Of a stretch of 64,000 nucleotides of DNA, positions 22,000 to 39,947 are shown one piece after another. This DNA comes from the human T2T-CHM13v2.0 reference genome, Homo sapiens. The position numbers and the translations under genes were made by a program. The notes beneath the pieces are model-generated. The model was given only the letters and a program-made list of their open reading frames with translations. It did not search any database and was not told the origin of the DNA. Position 1 is the first letter of the stretch, and the number at the start of each line of letters is the position of its first letter. The stretch lies in NCBI RefSeq assembly GCF_009914755.1, contig NC_060926.1. One strand, written 5' to 3'.

Positions 22000-23160
22000 T
22001 AACTAACATTTAAAATTGACCACTTTGCTCTCCTTAAAAAGGAATCTTCTCTTAAACTTCTCTGACATCACACTATTTCTATTTCTCCGGCCACTCCTTG
22101 GTCTCATTTTGTTTTCTTCCTCTGACTGTCTCCAGGCTCTTTTCTCTCCTGAGCCTGCACCAGGTGATTTCATGTACTCTCATGGCTTCAAATGACCATC
22201 TGTATTTTGGTAATTCCTTTTCTTGTAGTTTCAGCCTAGATCTCTCTTCCAAGTTCCAGATACACATCTAGCTGACATCTCTTGAGTGTTCAAAATAGCA
22301 TCTCAAGCTAGCGTGTCCAGATCTGCATGCATCTGCTTTCCCCAGAATTTGTCTTGTATGCCTCATGTCAGCAAATCACGCTACTCAATTGTGCAAGCCA
22401 GAAACCTAGATGTCATTCTGAATCTTCCAACTCCCTCATGCTCTGCATCCAGAAATCACAAAGTTCTTTTGGTTTTACCAACTGTATCTCAAATGCAGCC
22501 ACTTCTCACCTTGCCCACTGCCACCATTCTAGTACAGACCATGATAATTTCCAACCTAGATTCTTGCACCAACCTCCTGTGTTTCCCCTTCTAATTGAGT
22601 CTCCACATTACCCATTATCTGCATAAACTCAAATCTCTTATCTATTCTCCTATCCTTAAAATTCTTTGAATGTTCCCCATTTGCCCTCAGGATAACTCTG
22701 TACAATAGCTAACAAGTCTATTTCAGCCTTGTCTTCACATCTCTGCACTCTGCCCCCAAGGTGGCTGTCTATACTTTTCTTTAGTTCTGTAAAGAGCCCA
22801 TCCTGTGCCTCGCTTCTTGCCCTTGCACATGCAGTCTCCTCAGCCTGGACAATCTCTTCCACCTTTCCCCACCACAGATGTCACCCCATTTCACCTGGCT
22901 AGTTTCTGCTCATACTTTAGGTCTTGTTTGGACATTATTTTCTCCTGGAAACTTTTCTTCACAACCCTCCCATGGTATGTGCCATCCTAATACTCTGTTT
23001 CCCCATTAATGCACTTTCACACTGTTTACTTGTTTGTATCCCCCACTGGACTGCAAGCTACTCATGACTTGTGTCTTTTTTTTTTTTTTTTGGACTTGTG
23101 TCTTTTTCATTGTTTAATCCTCTGATACATGCAGTGTGCCATAAATGTGTGAATAATGAC
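22000..23160 (-). mobile_element. L2 remnants
   Basis: Pyrimidine-rich L2-like text (ctcatggcttcaaatgaccatc, ccagaaacctagatgtcat, ccactggactgcaagct). Confidence 0.55.
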
Positions 23161-23163
23161 AAA

Positions 23164-23645
23164 CTGTAGTCACATGCCTTTTTATTTTCTGATGTTTTGA
23201 CATCTGGGTTCTTGCTAAGACTTCTCTTCCTAGGACTAATTCCTAGAGATTGCAAAAGACTCCCATTGGAGCATGCCTTACATATACACCCCAGCCAATC
23301 CAAAGCCTGTATCCCCAACTACCTCCTTTAACAAACTCTCATAAGCCAAGCCAAGATTCCCATCCCCTAATCACCCCAGGGCCAGCCTCTCACCTGAGAG
23401 CCTGCTGAAATTATTCAAACTAGCCAGTCTTAGAAGCTGCTTACCCTGCCTCGCCCATTCCTTCCCATGACAACCACAGTAAAGTCTCACCCATGCTTTC
23501 CCCTCATTCCCTTCACCTCCTGGTCAACCCTAGTGCTTCCCTGTGTGGGATGCCATGCCTCCTGCTTCTAGGAAACTGTAATGTTTTACCCAGTTAAAAA
23601 CATCTTCCTTCGTGACATTCATTTCTGTGTCTCTGTGTCTTACCA
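23164..23645. mobile_element. ERV-type LTR remnant (LTR47-like)
   Basis: tttctgatgttttgacatctggg and agcctgctgaaattattcaaactagcca resemble recalled LTR47. Confidence 0.45.
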
Positions 23646-23647
23646 TA

Positions 23648-24015
23648 TGCTATGGTTTGAGTGTGTCCCTCAAAAGTTCATAAAATGGAAATTGAATTCC
23701 CATTTTAACAGTGTTGAGAGGCAGGACATTGGAGAGGTGATTAGGTCACAAGGGCTCCACACTCATGAATGAATGAATGCCATTACTGCGGGAGGGGGTT
23801 TCTGATGAAAATGATGAGTTTGCCCCCTCCGCCTCTTGCTCTCTGTTGCACGTGCTTCCTTACCACACGATGCCTTCCACCATGAGATGACCCTCACCAG
23901 ATGCTGGAAGCATGCTCTTAGACTTCCCAGTCTTCAGAACCACGAGCCAAATAAACTCTTCTTTGTATATCCAGTCTGTGGTATTCTGATATAGCAGTAG
24001 AAACAGACTAAGCCA
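23648..24015 (+). mobile_element. MaLR LTR (MST-like)
   Basis: tgctatggtttga...gaggtgattaggtca...ccagatgct...gacttcccag...aataaa...gactaagcca. Confidence 0.8.
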
Positions 24016-24219
24016 CCATATCTGATTAAAACAGTCCAGATTTTTAAAACACACATTTTACTAAAGGCTATGTGCTATTATTCCTCACAATAGTCTAAAG
24101 TATTAAACTTTATTATTCCCACTTTAGAGAAGAAAAAACTGAAAGCCTAAAGCCAAGTTGGTAAAGCTGTGGAGCAGTGGAGCTGAAAGTAAACTCAAAT
24201 CCCAGAGCTGTTTTCCTTT

Positions 24220-24840
24220 TAAAAAAAATTGTGTATGTTTAAAGTGTACATGATGTTTTGATATACATAGTGAAAAGATTAGGACATGCAGACAATATAT
24301 CCATCATCTACCACTGTTACCTCTTGTTTTGTGTGGTAAAAGCACCTAAAATCTACGTTCTTTGCAAAACTTCAATATGCAAGATTAATAACTGTAGCTT
24401 TGTGGCACATTGGATCTCTAGACTTATTGATCCTACATAACTGCAAGTTTGTACCCTTTGACCTACATCTCCCCATTTCCTCCTCCTCTCTGCCCTTGGT
24501 AACTACTGTTGTACACTATGTATGTGACTTTTTTTGGATCCCATATATAAATGAGATCATGCAGTATTTTTCGGTGTCTGGCTTTTTTCGCTTAGCATAA
24601 TGTCCTCCAGTTTGATTCATGTTTTTGCAAATGGAATATTTCCTCTTTTAAGGCCAAATAATATTCCATTTTATATATAGCACAATTGATCCATTTATCC
24701 ATCAATGGACACTTACATTGTTTGCATAGATTGACTCTTGTGAATAATGCTGCAATTGATGTGGGAGCCCAGACACCTCTGTGGTGCTGATTTTATTTCC
24801 TTTGGGTACATACCCAACAGAGGGATTCTCTGGGTCATGT
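24220..24840 (-). mobile_element. L1M 3' end, antisense
   Basis: gagatcatgcagtattt, gcttagcataatgtcctcca, tgaataatgctgcaat. Confidence 0.8.
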
Positions 24841-24849
24841 TGGTTCAAT

Positions 24850-26950
24850 ATGAACCAATTTGAAAATCAATTCGTGTAATTTACCATTTTAACAAACTAA
24901 AGAAAAATCACATGATCATATTAATAGATGCAGAAAAAGCATTTGACCAAATATAACACTAAGAGGTTTAGTGAATCTTCGCCTAAACCTTACACATTAT
25001 ACAAAAGTCAAAATATCATTTAAATATAAAATGTAAAATTATAAAACGTTTAGAAGATTACGTAGGAGAAAGTCTTTGGACAGTCTTAGTCCATTCAGGC
25101 TGCTAGAACAGAATCCCATAGACTGGGTGGCTTTATAAACAACAGAATTGTATTTCTCACAGTTTTGAAGGCTGGGAAGTTCCAGATCAAGGCATCAGCA
25201 TGTTCTTCATTTGGTGAGGGCCTACTTCCTGGTTCATAGAACAGAATAGTGCCTTCTTGCTGTGTCCTTACATCATGGAAGGGGAAAGGGAACTCTCTGG
25301 GGTCTCTCTTATAAGGGCACTAATCCCATTCATGAGGACCCCCATCCTCATGACCTATTCACCTCCCAAAGGCCCCACCTCCTAACACTATCACACCAGA
25401 GGTTAGGTTTCAACATACGAATTTTGGGGGAAACAAACATTCAACCTACAGCAGGATTCTGGGCCTTGGTGACAGTTCTTAGGCATGACACTAAGAGCAC
25501 AATCTGTAAAAAAGATAATAAGTGGGCTTACTCAAAATTTAAAACTTTCCTCTGTAAGAGATCCTGTTAAGTGGGTGAAAAGATAAACCACAGACTGGAA
25601 GAAAATATTTGTAAATCATATATCTGACAAAGGACTCATATCTAGAGTATATAAAGAACTCTCAAAACTCAACAATTGGCCAGGCATGGTGGCTCACACC
25701 TGCAATCCCAGCACTATGGGAGGCTAAGGCGGGAGGATCGCTTGAGTCCAGGAGTTTGAGACCAACCTTGGCAATGTAGGGAGACTCCATCCCTACAAAA
25801 AAAAAAATTTTTTTTGATTAGCTGGGTGTGGTGGCATGCACCTGTAATCCCAGCTGCCTGGGAGGCTGAGGTAAGAAGATCACTTGAGCTCAGAAGGTCG
25901 AGGCTGCAGTAAGCTGTGTTCACACCACGTGGGTGACCCGTATCAAAAAATAAAAAAAACAAAAAACAAAACAACAACAAAAAACTCAACAGTTAAAACC
26001 AATAATCCAAACAGAAAATGGACAAAAGACATGAAGAGACATTTCACCAAAAAGTATATATGGATGGTAAATAAGAATATGGAAATATATTGAGATAGCC
26101 ATTAGGGAAATACAAGTTAAGACCACGATGAGATATCACTATCTACCTATTAGAATACCTAAAAAATAGTGACAACACCAAATGCTAGTGAGGATGTGTA
26201 GAAACTGGATTTCTCATACATTGCTGGTAGGCACGTAAAATGGCATAACCATTTTGGAAAATAGATTGGCAGTTTCTTTAAAAAAAAAAAAAAAAACTAT
26301 ACGGGCACTTACCATAAAGCCCAGCAATCACACTCCTGGGCGTTTATCAGTAGAAAAACCTGTATACAAATTGTCATAACAGCTTTATCTGTAATAGCTA
26401 AAAGCCAAAACCGGCAAAATGTCCTACAATTGGTGAATGGTTAAACTGTGGTACATTCATACTATGGAATACAACTCCACCACAAAAAGGAACAGATTAC
26501 TGATACAATAACTTGGATGATCTCAAGGGCATTGTAATGAAAAAAGTCCATTTTAAAAGGTCATGTATCAGCCAGGCACGGTGGCCCATGCCTGTAATCT
26601 CAGCACTTTGGGAAGCTGAGGCAGGTGGATCACTGGAGGCCAGGAGTTTGAGACCAGTTTGGCCAACATGGCTAAACCTTGCCTCTAATAAAAATACAAA
26701 AATTAGCTGGGTGTGGTGGCACATGCATGCGAACCCAGCTACTGGGGAGGCTGAGGCAGGAGAATCGCTTGAACCTGGGCGACAGAGCAGGACTCTGTCT
26801 CAAAAGAAAAAAAAAGGTCATGTATCACATGATTCCATGTATATAACATTCTTAAAATGGAAAGCTACAGAGGTAGAAAAAATGTTAGTGGTTGCCGCAG
26901 GCCTGGGGTGGTGAAGGAGAGGTGGATGAATGTGACTACAAAGAGAGATC
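24850..26950 (+). mobile_element. Old L1 fragments interrupted by an antisense MaLR LTR (25082-25452) and Alus (25678-25985, 26570-26816)
   Basis: atagatgcagaaaaagcatttgac, aaatggacaaaagacatgaagagacatttcac; MLT1A/MST-like tcttagtccattcaggctgct. Confidence 0.8.
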
Positions 26951-27222
26951 TGTTCACCTTTTCAGTCATCACTTCTTTCGCTGTGTTGAGTTGCCACTGT
27001 CTTAGGTATGATTTTTCTGGTTGGGAAATTCCTCAGCTTCTGCTCTGCTGATGGCATCTTCCCTAATGTCCCATGCTGGTATGGATTTTGGGAGCAGGAA
27101 AGATGAATGTAATTCTTTGTAATTTGTCTTACCTACTCTCCCCAAAAACAACTTTCAGCAAGTTCACCAATGGCCTCTATAAAGCTAAATCCAGTGGACA
27201 GTTTTCAGTTCTTATTTTAAAG

Positions 27223-27561
27223 CAGAAGTCCCCAGCCTTTTTGGCACCAGGGACCAGTTTTGTGGGAGACAATTTTTCCACAGGATGGGGGCAGGGGATG
27301 GTTTCGGGATGAAACTGTTGACCTCAGATCATCAGGTATTAGTTAGATTCTCATAAGGAGCATGCAACCTAGATCCCTCGCATGTACAATTCACAGTAGG
27401 GTTTGCGCTCCTATGAGAATCTAGTGCCTTGCTGATCTGACAGGAGGCAGAGCTCAGGAAGTAATGCTGGCTCACCAGCTGCTTACCTCCTGCCATGTGG
27501 CCCGGTTCCTAACAGGCCACAGACCCATACTGGTCCATGACCTGGGAATTAGGGACCCCTG
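27223..27561 (+). mobile_element. MER1B-like hAT/Charlie element
   Basis: cagaagtcccca...agggacccctg termini with 8-bp TSD ttttaaag at 27215-27222 and 27562-27569. Confidence 0.88.
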
Positions 27562-27597
27562 TTTTAAAGGATTCCCTGCTGCATTTGACATAGCTGA

Positions 27598-28040
27598 TGG
27601 TATTAGTTTCCTGAGGCTGATGCAACCAATTACCACAGACCTGATGGCTTCAAACAAGAGCATCTCTTACCATTCTAGAGGCCAGAAGTCCAAAACCAGT
27701 TTTACTGGGCCAAACCCAAAGTGTAGTAGGGATGTGCTCCCTTCAGAGTTTCTAGAGAAGAATCTGCCAGCAGACCTTGGCTTGTGGCTGCACCATCCAA
27801 TCTCTGCCTGTGTGGTTACATTGCCTCCTTCTCTCATGTATGTATCAAACATCCCTCTGCCTGTCCCTTATAAGGACATTAGTGATGGCATTTAGGGTTT
27901 ATCTGGATAATCAAGGATAATCTCCCTATCTCAATATTCTTAATCACATCTGTAAACATTTTCCCACAGAAGGTAATAGTCACAGATTCCAGAGGAAAGA
28001 ACCAGCTATCTTTGGGTGGCCATTATTCAGCTTGCTACAC
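27598..28040 (-). mobile_element. MLT1 (MaLR) LTR
   Basis: tattagtttcctgaggctg...gaggccagaagtccaa...ggataatcaaggataatctccc. Confidence 0.75.
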
Positions 28041-28194
28041 TGAACATTCTCATTCTTTCTCAAAACTCCACCCCTCTGAATTCTAGCACATTGTTCTGTA
28101 CTCTTGTTTTGCTACCTGACAATTGCATCTTGGCTTCTTTGGGCCTTTTCTTGTCTGTTTAATCCCACATGGGGGCCATCCTTGGCTCATCTAG

Positions 28195-30737
<2,543 letters not shown>

Positions 30738-31014
30738 TAATTCCAAAGGCATCTGGGGGTTGGGGCTGTTGGTAGAAATCCTAGATGTCATGGCTGGATC
30801 TTTCCTGGAAGTTTGGGTTGGGACAGGTATTAAACAGGCCACTCTGAATGTATAAATCTAATTAAAAATTTATGTGATTGGTGGGCATTTTTTCCAACCT
30901 AATAAAGTCCCTTTCCATCCCCCAGCTCTTTGTATTTTAAAAGCCAGGTCACTAGACTTGATAATTCTAGAGAGAGCTGACTGAAAAGAGTTGGTTTGAT
31001 TAGAAACAGAGGTT

Positions 31015-31650
31015 CAACACTTTTACACTGTTGGTGGGAATGTAAATTAGCTCAACCATTGTGGAAGACAATGTGGTGTTTCCTCAAAGACCTAAAACCA
31101 GAAATACCATTTGACCCAGCAATCCCATTACTGGGTATATACCCAAAGGAATATAAATAATTTTATTACGAAGATACTTGCACGCATATGTTCACTGCAG
31201 TACTATTCACAATAGCGAAGACATAGAATCAACCCAAATGCCCATCAATGATAGACTGGATTAAAAAAATGTGGTACGTATACACCATGGAATACTACAC
31301 AGCCATAAAAAGGAACGAGATAATGTCCTTTGCAGGGACATGGATGGAACTAGAAGCCATTATCTTCAGCAAACTAACACAGAAACAGAAAACCAAACAT
31401 TGCATGTTCTCACTTATAAGTAGGAGCTGAACAATGAGAACACATGGGCACAGGGAGAGGAACAACACACACTGGGGCCTGTAGGGGGAGGAGCTGGGGA
31501 GAGGGAGAGCATTGGGAAGAATAGCTTAATAGATGCAAGGCTTAATGGGTTGATAGGTGTAGCGAACCACCATGGCACACATTTACCTATGTAACAAAAC
31601 TGCACATCCTGCAAATGTACCCTGGAACAAAATAAAATAAAATAAAATAA
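31015..31650 (+). mobile_element. 5'-truncated L1PA 3' end about 600 bp upstream of SNRNP27
   Basis: ORF2 C-terminus (IDWIKKMWYVYTMEYYTAIKRNEIMSFAGTWMELEAII), L1PA 3'UTR, (AAAAT)n tail, TSD agaaa(c/t)agaggtt at 31002-31014 and 31650-31662. Confidence 0.92.
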
Positions 31651-32089
31651 GAAATAGAGGTTTGAGTCTTTCCTGGTAAGCATATTTATGCTCTACCACA
31701 GACGGTTCAGCCTTGGGGCAAGACAGTCTTTCTCCTAATTTTTGTAGTTTTGAACATTCTGAAGTTTTTGTTGTTGTTGTTGTTATTTTCCCTGAGGACA
31801 GAGGCAACTTTGGGGAAGTACTTTGTCGGGTAGGATGGAATCTGGGGCCTTTAGTTTTCCTTCCAAGAGCCCATAGGAGGTTTTGGGTGCCTTCTCAATG
31901 CTGGCATGAGAAAATATAAAGCAGATGGACAGTGAACTTTGGTATATTCACTCCTTATGAATGTTATGTGGAAAAGTGGAAGAACATAAGCTGTTTGTCT
32001 ATGCTATGTTTACAATTGGTTTGCTCTATTTTGTGCATGTGGACAAAAATGGGGGAAAAATGAAGCTGTGTTAGGATAATGGGTATACG

Positions 32090-32480
32090 GCTGAATTTTC
32101 CAGGAATTTCTATAATAACACCAAATCGCATGTTTTAATGCCCACCGTGAACAAAGAAGACCGGAACCCTCGCAACTCGTTTTGACGTTTTCTGGTCGGC
32201 GGTAAAAGCTCGGTTCCCGGCCCTCCCGGAAGTTGTTGCACAGTTGTTTCCGGGAAGCGGGACTCCAAATGGGTCGCAGTCGCAGCCGCTCTCCACGGAG
32301 GGGTGAGTCCTGTAGCAATTCGGAGGATATGGGGCTCTGTTGGAGGCCCGTCCCTTTTGTTTTATTTTGTTTTGTTTTTGGTAGCCGCGTAGCAGAGAGG
32401 CGGGCCCTTTTCCCAGGCGGAGAGCGAGGGGTGGATAAAGGAACGTAGACCTGGGCCCTGCCCTCTTCAGCCCGCCCTCT
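32090..32480 (+). promoter_or_regulatory. SNRNP27: SNRNP27 CpG-rich promoter / first exon
   Basis: Local CpG enrichment; ETS/GABPA motif CCGGAAGT 32226-32233; GAS/STAT-like TTCCGGGAA 32248-32256; no obvious TATA box. Confidence 0.75.
32269..32302 (+). CDS. SNRNP27: SNRNP27 (U4/U6.U5 tri-snRNP 27K) exon 1 CDS
   Basis: ATG...MGRSRSRSPRR(E), donor G|gtgagt. Confidence 0.95.
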
Positions 32481-33377
32481 CCGGTTTGAAGGCAGTTGTT
32501 TGTCTCTGAATTAGTTTCATTAAGTCTTTGTCACCTTCATACAATAACTTTTATTACACTGTGGCCGGTGGGTTTAGAATTAGACCTCAGTTCCTTTGCT
32601 GAATTTCTGGGCGACGGTGGGCAAGTCACTACTCAGCCTTTCTGAATCGAATTCCCAGAATGAGTCATTGAGGGTAGTATTGCCAACTTTTAAAAACTGA
32701 TGTGAGAATTAATGTCACATCCCATAACATACAGTATGTGATTCTGCCTGGTTCTTAAATACTTAATAAATGTTAGATTCCTGCCCAGGTCATTACAGGG
32801 AAATCGATATTAAGAATTTTGAGTCCTGGGAGCTCACTTCGTAATGTTTTCTGGCTACCAGCCCCATAAATGAGGCAGCGCGACGTAAAGAACCCTGGAC
32901 TTCCATTAGGAGATCTAACTTAGACCCTCGGTTCTGCCCCTGATTCGTTTTTTTTTTAAATCAATTTATTTATTTTTAATGAGACAGAGTCTCGCTCTGT
33001 CGCCCGCCCAGGCTGGAGTGCAGTGGCCGATCTCAGCTCACTGCAACCTCCACCTCCTGGATTCAAGCGATTCTCATGCCTCAGCCTTCCGAGTAGCTGG
33101 GATTACCCGTCCGTGCCACCACGCCTGGCTAATTTTTGTATTTTTATTAGAGACGGGGTTTCGCCGCGTTGGCCAGGCTGGTCTCGAACTCCTGACCTTG
33201 TGATCCGCCCGCCAGCCTCACAAAGTGCTGGGATTACAGGCGTGAGCCACCGCTCCCAGCCTCTTTTTACCTTTTTAATGTGACTAGTAATGGTTTGCAT
33301 TATTTTTCTACTGGACGGCGCAGCTCTAGATATTTGAGGTAATTATCAGTTCTGCAATTTGTGTGCGTTTGCATTAG

Positions 33378-33498
33378 AACGTAGGCGTTCCCGGTCCACA
33401 TCCCGGGAGAGAGAACGCAGGCGCCGAGAAAGGTCCAGGTCTCGGGAGAGAGATCGGAGAAGGAGCCGCTCGCGATCCCCGCACCGAAGACGCTCCCG
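33378..33498 (+). CDS. SNRNP27: SNRNP27 exon 2 (RS domain)
   Basis: attag|AA...CG|gtaagg; 121 nt; [39 protein letters not shown]. Confidence 0.95.
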
Positions 33499-34717
33499 GT
33501 AAGGGCAGAAAATAAGCCAAGAGTTTTATTTACCGAAAGTCCCTAAGAAACTGGTCGCAGCTCTTAACTTTGTTTTCATCGCTTATAAGGGGATTTACGG
33601 TTTCCTGAAATGGAGGAAACTTAATCCAACCTTATTCTAAAGCTAACATTCACCTTGGTTAAATGGTGCTAATAGTACTCTACATCACAAAGTTGTCTTG
33701 AAAGAGTAAGTAAGAAATAATGCATGCAAACCCCAGAGCATGGTGCTTGGCAAGAAAAAGAAATAAGTATTTTATATTTTTGTTTCTTTCTTCCGTTCCT
33801 TTCCTTTCCTTTTCTTTTCCTTTTCCTTTCTTTTCCTCTTTTTTGAGACGGAGTCTCGCTCTGTCACCCAGGCTGGAGTGCAGCGGCGCAATCTGCTCAC
33901 TGCAACCTCCGCCTCCCCTGCAATCTCTGCCTCCCCTGGTTCAAGCAATTCTGCTGCTGAGCCTCCCAAGTAGCTGGGACTACAGGCACATGCCACCACA
34001 CCCAGCTAATTTTTTTTGTATTTTTAGTAGAGACGGGGTTTCAACGTGTTAGCCAGGATTGTCTTGATCTCCTGACCTCGTGATCCACCCACCTCGGCCT
34101 CCCAAAGTGCTGGGATTACAGGCGTGAGCCACTGCACCCGGCCTGTTGTTTCTTTTTTATTAACTTTTTGGTGATAATGATTTATTCAAGTATGTAATCA
34201 AGAATGGATGATCTTGGAAGAACATTAGAAATGGGCTCTGAGTCTTTTTTTTGGTTTGTTTTTTTTTTTTGAGAGAGAGGGTCTCCCTGTGTTGCCCAGG
34301 CTGGTCTTGAATTCCTAGGCTCAAGCAATCCTCCTGCCTCTGCTTTCCAAAGTGCTGGAATTAGTAGCGTGAGCCACCAAGCCCCACCTGGCTCTGAGTC
34401 TTAATAACCATCAATTGCTGTTTAAGTCAGCTTTTTTGTATATTTGTGTGTGGTTGTTAGAAACTTTTAATTTACATTTTTCTGCCTTCCAGAAAGCTTT
34501 CTAGCCCTAGTTGTACTGAATGCAACTGATGATTAAGCAGTAAACTACATTAAAAAATTTTTTTGTTAACAATCAAGGCCTTGGCAGAACCTTTTTCCTC
34601 ACTTTGCTATACGGAATGACTCGTGGTTCTGTGGAGCTCACCTCATGTATATCTGTGCTGATTGATACAAAGTTGATATGTCTGTCTGTTTCTAACATCT
34701 TTGCTTATAAATATTAG

Positions 34718-34830
34718 ATCTCCAAGACGACATAGATCCACATCTCCTTCCCCTTCTCGACTGAAAGAAAGAAGAGATGAGGAAAAGAAAGAAACAAAAG
34801 AAACAAAGAGCAAAGAACGGCAGATTACTG
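34718..34830 (+). CDS. SNRNP27: SNRNP27 exon 3
   Basis: attag|A...G|gtaatg; 113 nt; [37 protein letters not shown]. Confidence 0.95.
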
Positions 34831-34979
34831 GTAATGTTATTAGATAAATAACTGTAGGAAAAGTACAGTGATGATAAAATTATAAAAGTTTAATCTTGAA
34901 CATTTAAATGTTAAGCCTTTTATAGTATTCATTGCATATGGTTTTGAGTTTTTTTTGGTTTTTTTTTTTTTTGAGATAG

Positions 34980-35084
<105 letters not shown>

Positions 35085-35660
35085 TAGTTGGGATTACAGG
35101 CACCCGCCACTATGCCCGGCTAATTTTTGTATTTTTAGTAGAGACGGGTTCTCACCATGTTAGCCAGGCTGGTCTCAAACTCCTGACCTCAGGTGATCCT
35201 CCCGCCTCGGCCTCCCAAAGTGCTGGGATTATAGACGTGAACCACCGTGCCCAGCCTGAGATTTTGTTTTAATTGCACCCTAGCAAGTTGCTGGTTATCT
35301 ATGGTGCTCCTGATATAGAACGATAGTTAAAAACATGAGAATATTCTATTTTGGAAGTGTCTTCAGAACTATATAGTGTCATGCCTGATATTAAAGGTAG
35401 TCCTTAATATGAAACCCAGGTTTTTTTTTTAAAAGGTAATCCTGTCTAAAGGCTTCAAGGAGAGGACATTTTTTTTGTACCATAAGTTACATTCTGTCCA
35501 AATGTAAGAGGAATTTTTTCATTAGACTCATCTTCAGCTAATTGTTTTGTGTGTTCTCTGCTAGTGAGGTGGAATGACTATTAATCTGTTACCACCTCTC
35601 TTTTTATTTATGTATATATTTGAAATGATAGAGAGGTCACAAAATTATTCTTTTTTGCAG

Positions 35661-35740
35661 AGGAAGACTTAGAGGGCAAAACAGAGGAAGAAATAGAAAT
35701 GATGAAGTTAATGGGATTTGCCTCCTTTGACTCCACAAAA
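35661..35740 (+). CDS. SNRNP27: SNRNP27 exon 4
   Basis: ttttgcag|AG...AAA|gtaagt; 80 nt; [26 protein letters not shown]. Confidence 0.95.
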
Positions 35741-36627
35741 GTAAGTAAAACGTGCAACATTCTCATTTGAATTAATATGTTATGACTGTCCTATCTTTCC
35801 ATGTTCTTTTCCATTTATACAAATTTATTTGGTTATAAGACAATAACTATCTGTTTGAAGGGCTTTGAGAATACAAAGGAGGAAACAGTGAACTGCCATT
35901 GGAATTCAGGGAGTGGTTGCCAGGGACGATGTTTGAATTAGATTTTAAAGGACAAGCAGAAGTGATCAGACAAAGAAGAGGAAGAAGATTATTTCAGGTA
36001 GAGGGAAGAGCTCATGAAAATGCCATGTAGGTGTAAAGGAGCATAGTGTATTGTGGGAATTTCAGATTCGACCAGGGATAAAGGGGTGCTGATGGGCTAG
36101 TGACTTAGGCTAGAAATAGAGGTAGGAGGCAAATCACAGAGGGCTTTTGATGCCCTTAGTCATGCTAAGGAATTCAGAGTTTATTCTTTTGGTGTTGAGG
36201 AGAGGGGATGGAGAGAGGGAGGGTGTGTGGAAAGAAAAACATATTTTTTAAAATCTCTTTTCTAGAATTTTAAGTCTTTCCATTTAGTTTTGCAAATGGA
36301 AATAGAGATGTTTGAGAAAAAGTTGTCAAAAATAATCCACTTTCCCAAGTCTTGTATTCCATTGAGTTGCTAATGGAATGGGGTAATCTCAGTTGCTGTA
36401 AGTTTCTTTCTAACTAATGTGACTGTGTAGGGCTCACATGTTTTAAAATGACAGTGTGTAACTTAGGAGTACTGAGGCATGACTGTTTTGAGGTGAGAAA
36501 TTAAGAACAAGCTCTTGTTCTTGCAATGGTTATGTGAGCTCTGTTTTGGAATTTAATGAAGTTTATTTATCAGCTTTTTTCCCTTGAATGCCCTAAATTC
36601 TTATTTATTTTCCAAAGAGTATTTTAT

Positions 36628-36691
36628 AAATGAAAGTTTATTAAGATATATGTTGGGTGAAATGTAAGTTTATTAAGATATATGTTGGGTG
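36628..36691. repeat. Tandem duplication, period 32
   Basis: aaatg(a/t)aagtttattaagatatatgttgggtg x2. Confidence 0.9.
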
Positions 36692-37157
36692 AATTAAAAT
36701 ATGTCAAAAGTAAAGCAACTATAGTTTTATTGTCTTTAGAAGAATGGGGAGGGAACTTTTTCCCCAAAGAAAATGGAATTATTTTCTTTGTTTTTTGGTT
36801 TTCCTGTTGCTGGATGTTAGGTTTAAAGTTCCTGAAAGTCAGATCTAAGGGTGGTGCCACCCATCACTTAAATGTAGTCAGTGAAGAAGATGTTTGCTTA
36901 TAAAGGAAAACTTAGGTGAAAAGTCATAGATCTTAAAAAAATTATGGAGTACCATCACACTAATTGATGTCAGTTTTTTAAAATGACATCTACAAGGATG
37001 TCAATTTAGTTTATATGCAGTTGGCTTCATGGCTATCAGTTATAACGTCAGCTCATTTGTGTTTTTAAGTAATGTGTGTCTTGTGATGTTTCATCATTGA
37101 TCTATTGTGGGACCTCTTCATATGCCAGTATAGTCACCCATTTTCCTTTCTATTTGA

Positions 37158-37890
<733 letters not shown>

Positions 37891-37901
37891 CTTTCATCTT
37901 A

Positions 37902-37967
37902 TTAGATTGGTGGAAAAGTAATTACAGTTTTTGCCATTGAAAATAATGGCTAAAACTGCAATTACTT
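37902..37967. mobile_element. MADE1 (Hsmar1-derived MITE), right end truncated
   Basis: ttagattggtggaaaagtaattacagtttttgccatt...aatggctaaaactgcaattactt matches the MADE1 palindrome. Confidence 0.8.
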
Positions 37968-38657
37968 CAATAACATTTTTCTAGATGGTTTCAAAGTTTG
38001 GTTTTGTTTATTAATGGATAATTTTCTATGCCAGCATGTAAATAAATGAGGATAGGGCTAATAATATGCAATTCTGCAAATAGTTTCCAGAAATCAGTAA
38101 ACCTTTAGGAATCGAACTTTGTAAAAAGGTTATCATCATTTACTTTTTTGTGCCCAAGACCAGTCTTTCTAAGTCATGCTTACTTCCTATTATAGGGAGT
38201 TCAAAATCATATACCTCACAAGTAATTTGTTCAGGACTTACCTTCCACCTCCAAAAAAATACATGAAAATAGGAATAGAAAAGTAAGACCAAATACATTT
38301 ATTTTAGCCCCACTTCAAATATACTGTTCGTCTGTGTATGCCTTTTGGCCAGTGGGTCAGAATCGGTCTTTGCCCTGACACCAATATCTAATTAAGTACA
38401 CTACACAGATAGGCTAATCTTGCATAAGTAGTAATGGGAGAGGGAGGAGGTGGGGGTCACTTGTATGTGTCACGACGTTAGCTGATGATACTCATCTAAG
38501 TCATTTTCTGAATATCTGGGAGTGCAGTGACCTAGGATGTGAGAATGCAAAGGTGACTCTCAGACATATCCCTCCATCAAGAAGCTTGCAGTCTCATAGG
38601 GAAAATAACTTTATGATGTACATCATGGTTTTATAGGGTAGAAAATAGAGGGTACTG

Positions 38658-39590
<933 letters not shown>

Positions 39591-39947
39591 TAATTTTTAA
39601 AATGAACAAAAAATTGCAAGGGTTGTACAAGAAATGGGATTTAGATGAATGGCAACCATTCCAGCCATGATATGAGAATATTATTAGCTAAGGTTGTAAG
39701 TTAAATTTTGTGTGAATGTGAGTTTTTCTGGAGATTATACCTTTTATCTGGTTTCAAGGTATTCTTTGACCAGAAAAGATTAGATTCTGCTACCCTACTT
39801 TCTCAGCATGCTTTGCACATAGTACATACACTGTGAATGTTTGTTGGTTTGAATATTAATTGCTTATACACGATTGTAAAAATGTGAGCAGAGAGTTATA
39901 CCACTTGGGAGCTCATAGGATCTGGAAATTATCTCTGCCTCATTGGA

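Noticed and set aside
31248-31430. 60-aa ORF
   Set aside because: C-terminal scrap of L1 ORF2 in a truncated L1PA
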